64,000 bases of DNA from a bacterium (GTDB lineage: Bacteria > Bacteroidota > Ignavibacteria > Kapaibacteriales > UBA7675), in NCBI GenBank assembly GCA_030430495.1, contig JAUIKM010000001.1, positions 202,447 through 266,446 on the forward strand, given 5' to 3'. This document shows positions 58,800-64,000 of this stretch, piece after piece. Below the pieces are notes generated by a model. That model worked only from the letters and a program-made list of their open reading frames with translations. It was not told where the DNA came from and did not search any database. Made by a program: the position numbers and the translations under genes. Positions within the stretch are counted from its first letter, which is position 1; every line of letters starts with the position of its first letter.

Positions 58800-61700
58800 T
58801 CAACGCACTTTGATGACCTGTACGTCGAAGGAGCCGCGCTGCGTGAATACGCGCACGGTGTACGCGCCGGAAGCGAGCGAACTCAGCTCAAGCGGCAGTT
58901 GCTGCACGCCGGCCGTCTGGAAGCCGCTGAAAACACGTGCGACCGGGCGACCGCTCTGGTCGAACAGTTCCACGCGCACGTCGCCGGATTCCATCAGCTC
59001 GTAGCGCAGTGCCGCGCTGCCGGCAGCCGGTTGCGGGTAGACAGTTACGCTCTCGGCTTTGACGTCCGTCGGCGTTTCAATCACCGAGGAGACGACGTCA
59101 AAGTCGCGCACGCTGCCGTCGTCCAACACCAGACAGAGGCGCAGGTTGTAGTCGCCGGGAACGGTGCCGGGTTCGTCGCCGGGCGTCAGGAAGCCGCAGG
59201 CCATCATGACGCCGGCCTGTCCGGTCAGTCCGGTCAGATCGACGAAGTACTGGCCGGCCACGGTTTCCGGGTCGCCGGCGGCTGTGACTTCAACGTCGTA
59301 CACTGCGGGCGCCAGCGAGGTGTAGCTGCTGAAGTCGCCGTAGGCCAGGTTGGCGATAAAGGGTGAACCTTCATCGGTCAGTTTGATGTCTACGTCGGGC
59401 GCATCCGTCGAGCCGTGGAAAGCAATGAACTCGAAGTTGTTGGGATTGTCCTCGGCTTCGGGGCGCACAGCCGTCACGTTGACGTCAAGCGTGATGTCGC
59501 GGCTGCCTTCGTTGCCGTTGTTGAAGCCTTCGCCCGCCACGCCGGAAACGATCGCAACGTAGCGCTCCTCGCTGTTGAGCGCAGGCAGCGTCGTGCTCAT
59601 GATTACTTCGGAATCGACGCCGGTGCTGGTGGCGCCGGCAATCACCACGTTAATCGCCTGACCCGCAGGCACGCTCAGGAAGGGCGTTGCACCGCGGAAA
59701 GAAATGTTGTCCAGATCGGCCGTTTTGGCGCCGTTGATGTAGACGTCCACTTCCGCTGCTGCCGGATCGGGTGAATTGTGGATCAATTGCAGCCTGCTTA
59801 CTTCGGGTTGGTCTTCCTGCAACTGCACAATCGTGCCGTCCGGCATCGCCATGTACACGCCGAAAATCGACGAAGCGGGCACGGTGCCCGGTTCGTTGTT
59901 GAGCGTGACAAAACCGGATGCGAATATCAGTCCCGCTCCGCCTGCGGGCAGCAGTCCGGCGCGGTACAACCCAATGATATTGTTGACGTTACCGGCTTCC
60001 GTTATCGTGAGAATGTACTGGCCTGCGGGCAGCGAAAGGAAACCCGGCGTTGTACCGTAGTCGATGTTTTCAAAGATGGCCGGTTCGGAGACGTCCGCAC
60101 CGAACACGTCGACCGCGGGCGCGTCCGTCGCACCGTGGAAGGTCAGGAAGTCGAAGCTGTTGGCGTCGGTTGCAACCTGACGTGCATCCAGCAGATAAAA
60201 CTGCAGGTCGATGTCGCGATTGCCCGGATCCGGGTTTTCGTAGTCGCCGTCTTCCGCACCGTTGACGATCAGATAGTAAGACGCGTCGGTCGTGAGCGGG
60301 CCGATCGTGCGGCGATTCAGAACGCGGTCGTCGCTGCGCGTGCTGGCGCCTTCCGCAATCACAATGTCCAGCATTTCGTTGGCCGGCACATTGATGAAGG
60401 ACGTGGCTTCGCGGAAGCCAAGATTATCCGTGCCGGACAGGCGTTTGCCGTTGACGTAGATGTCGATCTCGCCGGCTTCCACCAGCCCCGCATTGTTGAG
60501 GAACTGCACCTGCGCGGCGTCTTCCACCGCAATCGAGAGCGGCGTCACCGTGCCGTCCGCGGCGGCCATCGACAGGCCGAAGTTGTACACTTCGCCCAGA
60601 ACGGCGGGTTCGTTTTCAGGCGTCACAAATCCGTGCGCAAAAATCGTCACGGATTCGCCGGTCAGGCCGCTCAGGTCCGCGTCGTAGCTCTGAATGATCG
60701 CATCTTCGTTGCCGGCCGCCGTGACGCGCAGAACGTATCCGTTCGGCTCCAGCGAGACGTAGTTGCTGAACTCCGAGTAATCGAGGTTGGCAACAGGCGG
60801 TATTCCGACGCCATCCTGGCGGATGTCGATCGGACCGGCGTCCGTTACACCGTGGAAAGCCACAAACTCAGCGTTGATATCCACTTCCGCCGAGGAGCGC
60901 GCTTCGGAGATGCTGACGCCCAGGTTCAGGTCGCGGTTGGCCGCGTCCGGATTTTCGTAGTCGGTCGGATCGTTGATGCCGATTGCCACGCCGGCGTACT
61001 CTTTGTAACGCGTCAGCTGGCCGGCATTCACTTCTTTGATTACGCGATTGGTCGGTCCCGAGCTGCTCGGCTGCGCAAAGGTCACCGTCAGGTCCACTTC
61101 GGCGGGCAGGTCCATGTAGGGCGTCGCGCCCAGGAAACCGAAGTCGTCGGTGGCCTGCGGTTTGTAGCCGTTGAAGTAGATGTCCACCTCGCCGGCGGCG
61201 GGGTCGCCTGCGGCGTGAATGAGCTGCATGCGCGCCACGAAAGGCAGCGAGATAACTTCGCCGCTGCCGAGCGCCGCGTACAATTTCATTTCAAAGGACG
61301 GGGGAATGATCGTCGGTTCGTTCTGCGTCGTCATGAAGCCCGAGGCAAAGACAACCACGCTCTGGCCGCCCAGATCGCTGAAGTCGGCAAACCAGCGACC
61401 GAGCAGGTCGATTTTGGAGTTGAATTCCGTCACGGAAAGACTGTAGACGCCGGCCGACACGGAGACCGGGTCGCCGCCGACGCCGTAGTCGACATCTTCA
61501 AAGAGGGGAGTGCCTTCCAGATTTGTGTAGATGTCGACGGCGGGAATGTCGGTGACGCCGTGAAAACCGTACAGATCCACCACATCGTTGGAAGCCGACG
61601 TTTTGTTGACTTCCACGGCGACCATGCCCAGCGCCAGGTCGCGGTTGACCGGATCGCCGTTCTCAAATCCGCCCGGCGACTGAAGGCCGTTGATCACCAC

Positions 61701-62756
61701 GGCGTAGTCCTGCCCCGGAATCAGTTCGCCCAGGTTGAACGTGGCTATGACTCCGTCGTCCGAATCGGCGCTCTCCGCACCGGCCAGTTTGGCCACAAAA
61801 GGATCGCCGGAACGGATCGATACATAGGGCGATGCATTGCGGAATTCCAGGTCGTTGAGTTCGTCGGGTTTCACGTCGTTGACGTACACGTCGACGATGC
61901 GGTTGTCCGGAAAGCCGCTGTTGTGAATGATCTGAACATCGGAGCCGATTTCCGGGAAAGGTACCACGCTGCCGCTCTTGCGCACAGCGTACATGCCGAA
62001 CTCGTGGTCCGCTGCGATGTCTTCCGGTTCGTTGTCCGTCGTGTAGAATCCCGATGCAATCACTACAAAGGGATCGTTGAAGTTGTTGAGGTCGGCGTCA
62101 AAACCGCGAATGATGTCGGCGTCGTCCTGAGAGTCGGTCAGCGTCAGGATGTAGTTGCCCGGATCGACCGAGACATAAGCGGAGAACTCGTCGTATCCAA
62201 GGTCGTCCACAGCTTTGCTGCCGTCGCGGTAATTCGTGAACAGGTCGAATTCCTGCACGTCCGTACCGGTGTGGAACACCACAAATTCGGCTTTGGCATT
62301 GTTCTGGCGCGTCGGGCGCACCTGCTGTTTCAGGATCGTAAAATTGATGTCGCGACCGTCGTTGGGCTCTTCAAAATTGTGACCCGCATCGTCGTGGACG
62401 CCGCTGATCACAAAGACGTAGTATGCGTCGGCCTGCAGAAATCCCGTGTTGACGAACGCCGTACCGATTTTGCCTTCGCCGACATTTGTACTGGTCGGGT
62501 CGGCAACCGTGATTTCGTAGATGCCTGCCTCCACCTCGATAAACGGCGTGGCGCGGCGATAGCGCAAATCATTCATCGCAGCCGGTTTGCTGGCGTTCAG
62601 ATACACATCCACCACCGCGTGATCGGCAGAATGAAAATTGTGCACAAACTGCACATATGCATCCTGGGCGTGCGCGGGCATCGCACACAGCAAGGCCGCC
62701 AGAACGAGACCTGCAATAGAAAAACGTGACATCACATTCATAGTTAATTCCTTCAT
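58800..62756 (-). CDS. Large secreted protein made of ~10 DUF4397-like repeats with T9SS C-terminal sorting domain
   Basis: Signal peptide MKELTMNVMSRFSIAGLVLAALLCAMPAHAQ. Recurring ~110-aa modules (QFVHNFHSADHAVVDVYLNA..., IQIIHNSGFPDNRIVDVYVND..., LQLIHNSPDPAAAEVDVYINGAK...). CTD VTVYPQPAAGSAALRYEL...YTVRVFTQRGSFDVQVIKVR. Confidence 0.8.
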   Translation of the reverse strand: MKELTMNVMSRFSIAGLVLAALLCAMPAHAQDAYVQFVHNFHSADHAVVDVYLNASKPAAMNDLRYRRATPFIEVEAGIYEITVADPTSTNVGEGKIGTAFVNTGFLQADAYYVFVISGVHDDAGHNFEEPNDGRDINFTILKQQVRPTRQNNAKAEFVVFHTGTDVQEFDLFTNYRDGSKAVDDLGYDEFSAYVSVDPGNYILTLTDSQDDADIIRGFDADLNNFNDPFVVIASGFYTTDNEPEDIAADHEFGMYAVRKSGSVVPFPEIGSDVQIIHNSGFPDNRIVDVYVNDVKPDELNDLEFRNASPYVSIRSGDPFVAKLAGAESADSDDGVIATFNLGELIPGQDYAVVINGLQSPGGFENGDPVNRDLALGMVAVEVNKTSASNDVVDLYGFHGVTDIPAVDIYTNLEGTPLFEDVDYGVGGDPVSVSAGVYSLSVTEFNSKIDLLGRWFADFSDLGGQSVVVFASGFMTTQNEPTIIPPSFEMKLYAALGSGEVISLPFVARMQLIHAAGDPAAGEVDIYFNGYKPQATDDFGFLGATPYMDLPAEVDLTVTFAQPSSSGPTNRVIKEVNAGQLTRYKEYAGVAIGINDPTDYENPDAANRDLNLGVSISEARSSAEVDINAEFVAFHGVTDAGPIDIRQDGVGIPPVANLDYSEFSNYVSLEPNGYVLRVTAAGNEDAIIQSYDADLSGLTGESVTIFAHGFVTPENEPAVLGEVYNFGLSMAAADGTVTPLSIAVEDAAQVQFLNNAGLVEAGEIDIYVNGKRLSGTDNLGFREATSFINVPANEMLDIVIAEGASTRSDDRVLNRRTIGPLTTDASYYLIVNGAEDGDYENPDPGNRDIDLQFYLLDARQVATDANSFDFLTFHGATDAPAVDVFGADVSEPAIFENIDYGTTPGFLSLPAGQYILTITEAGNVNNIIGLYRAGLLPAGGAGLIFASGFVTLNNEPGTVPASSIFGVYMAMPDGTIVQLQEDQPEVSRLQLIHNSPDPAAAEVDVYINGAKTADLDNISFRGATPFLSVPAGQAINVVIAGATSTGVDSEVIMSTTLPALNSEERYVAIVSGVAGEGFNNGNEGSRDITLDVNVTAVRPEAEDNPNNFEFIAFHGSTDAPDVDIKLTDEGSPFIANLAYGDFSSYTSLAPAVYDVEVTAAGDPETVAGQYFVDLTGLTGQAGVMMACGFLTPGDEPGTVPGDYNLRLCLVLDDGSVRDFDVVSSVIETPTDVKAESVTVYPQPAAGSAALRYELMESGDVRVELFDQSGRPVARVFSGFQTAGVQQLPLELSSLASGAYTVRVFTQRGSFDVQVIKVR

Positions 62757-63261
62757 CTGTCTATGATCAATAGCTGGAATGTCGATGGGAGTAAGCCGGA
62801 ACGCTGTGCGCCCGGCGCAGCGCGCGGGGTCGGGATTGTTTGGATTGGATGTGTTCCGGCGTTCTGCCGGAAGATTCGAACAAGTATGCATGTCTTTTGG
62901 TCTGCATGCTGAACGTTTTCAGTCGATGTGTCCGGACGGACGCGAATATGGTGCGCCGTCTCGCATGCCCTATTGTGCAATGACCCCTGACAATTCAAAA
63001 GGACACAAAGCGCGCATTCTGCCGTTCGCCTGCGGAAAAGATCGATTCGGACGCGCAGCCTGTGCCCCGCTGTCATTGCGACGTGTTGCCGTCATGTTAT
63101 TGCAATGTAACACTTTGTACGATCAGAGCTGCGCATGATTTTATTCCAAACCCGCTTTTGTTTGTTTTCGGGAGAGAAACAATGCGGCGCCCGCCGGCGC
63201 CGCGTTCAGTTAACAGATTGGCTCCGGACGTCGCGTCATGCGCCGCACCGCCGTCCGGCGC

Positions 63262-63957
63262 TCAGTTAACAATTTGTATCAATGTGTTGCGTACGCCGCT
63301 TGGAGTTCGCAGCCGCAGGCCGTACACGCCGGGCGTCAAACCTTCCGTCGCAAACCCGATCGCCTGTTCGCCGGCCGGATAAAACCGGCTGCCGCTGAGC
63401 ACCGTGCGCAGGCCGCGCTGGTCGACAATTTCCACCTGCACAAATGCGCCGCTGTTTAACTCGAATTCTACCCGCCCGAACCGTTGCAGCGGCGTCGGGA
63501 ATACCCGTACGCCGTCCGCCGCAATTTCGCGCGCAGGGTTCGCCACCGAGAACGGCAGGCGCGTATCGATGGTGTTGCCGTTTTCCAGTACGAGAATCAG
63601 CTGCGAGTCAAATGTCGGCGGCGGGACGCAGGGCTGGTCGCCCCGGTTTTCAAAACCTGTGATAAACGCCAGAAAGACCTTTCCGGCCGGATCGCTGTTG
63701 AACCCGAATTGGAACAACAACATTGGGAACTTTTCTTCTCCGTTCCGTGGAAAAACGCCGCCTTGCAGTTCGCTTTCGGGGTTGGGGACGCGCCAGGCCG
63801 GTGAGAGAACCGCGTAGTCAAGATTTTCCGCGATGGCATGTTCTCTGATAAAATAATCCGGGTAAACGTTCAGAGCGCCGGCGTCCGTCAGGCCGTTAAA
63901 CAAACGAAGTTCGGTATACTCGGGATCGGAGGCCGCCGGACTGAATTCCGACGTCAC
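63262..63957 (-). CDS. C-terminal part of a secreted protein with T9SS C-terminal sorting domain (N-terminus probably beyond the window end)
   Basis: C-terminus VEIVDQRGLRTVLSGSRFYPAGEQAIGFATEGLTPGVYGLRLRTPSGVRNTLIQIVN. It is followed by two GC-rich hairpins (ggcgcc-cgcc-ggcgcc; gcgccg...cggcgc). Confidence 0.6.
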   Translation of the reverse strand: MTSEFSPAASDPEYTELRLFNGLTDAGALNVYPDYFIREHAIAENLDYAVLSPAWRVPNPESELQGGVFPRNGEEKFPMLLFQFGFNSDPAGKVFLAFITGFENRGDQPCVPPPTFDSQLILVLENGNTIDTRLPFSVANPAREIAADGVRVFPTPLQRFGRVEFELNSGAFVQVEIVDQRGLRTVLSGSRFYPAGEQAIGFATEGLTPGVYGLRLRTPSGVRNTLIQIVN

Positions 63958-64000
63958 AAATCGCAGACTGATGTCGCGCCCGGCCGCGCCCGACGGCCAG

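Overview
This 64-kb window comes from a high-GC bacterium with type IX secretion (T9SS) C-terminal sorting domains. It also has SusC-style TonB-dependent receptors with carboxypeptidase-regulatory N-domains and Bacteroidota-type ParE/ParC, so it is most likely an FCB-group (Bacteroidota/Rhodothermota-like) organism. Coding content is mixed. Housekeeping genes: a DEAD-box helicase with a long histone-H1-like N-terminal extension, topoisomerase IV parE-parC, FKBP and cyclophilin PPIases, and two Hsp20 genes. Transport genes: an fbpABC-type Fe3+ ABC transporter, a CPA2/Kef antiporter, an MscS channel and two TonB-dependent receptors. Envelope-stress genes: a divergent ECF sigma/anti-sigma pair and an LTXXQ periplasmic protein. 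There is a dense signal-transduction cluster: a HisKA_2 PAS kinase, a 1461-aa REC-multiPAS/GAF-kinase hybrid, a TPR protein with a kinase-less DHp domain, a REC-nucleotidyl-cyclase and an OmpR-type pair. Three T9SS-sorted secreted proteins are present, including a ~1300-aa DUF4397-like repeat protein. Six intergenic regions are 0.7-1.5 kb long, which is unusual for a bacterium, and they are not empty. (i) A higher-order tandem repeat lies at the window start. (ii) A ~125-170-nt element is present in three dispersed copies. (iii) A second ~220-nt element is present in two copies with conserved hairpin ends. (iv) A 68-nt tandem repeat sits upstream of the signalling cluster. (v) A ~360-nt array of about 17 TGTGAA/TTCACA half-sites is followed by a strongly AT-rich tract, upstream of an HTH/AT-hook histone-H1-like gene. 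This array is either an oriC-like DnaA-box cluster or a very large operator array. No CRISPR, tRNA, rRNA, transposase, integrase or phage genes were seen. The candidate undescribed system is therefore the set of conserved intergenic elements plus the motif array, or the signalling cluster, rather than a defence island. Coordinates for non-ORF features are read off the printed sequence and may be off by about 1 nt.
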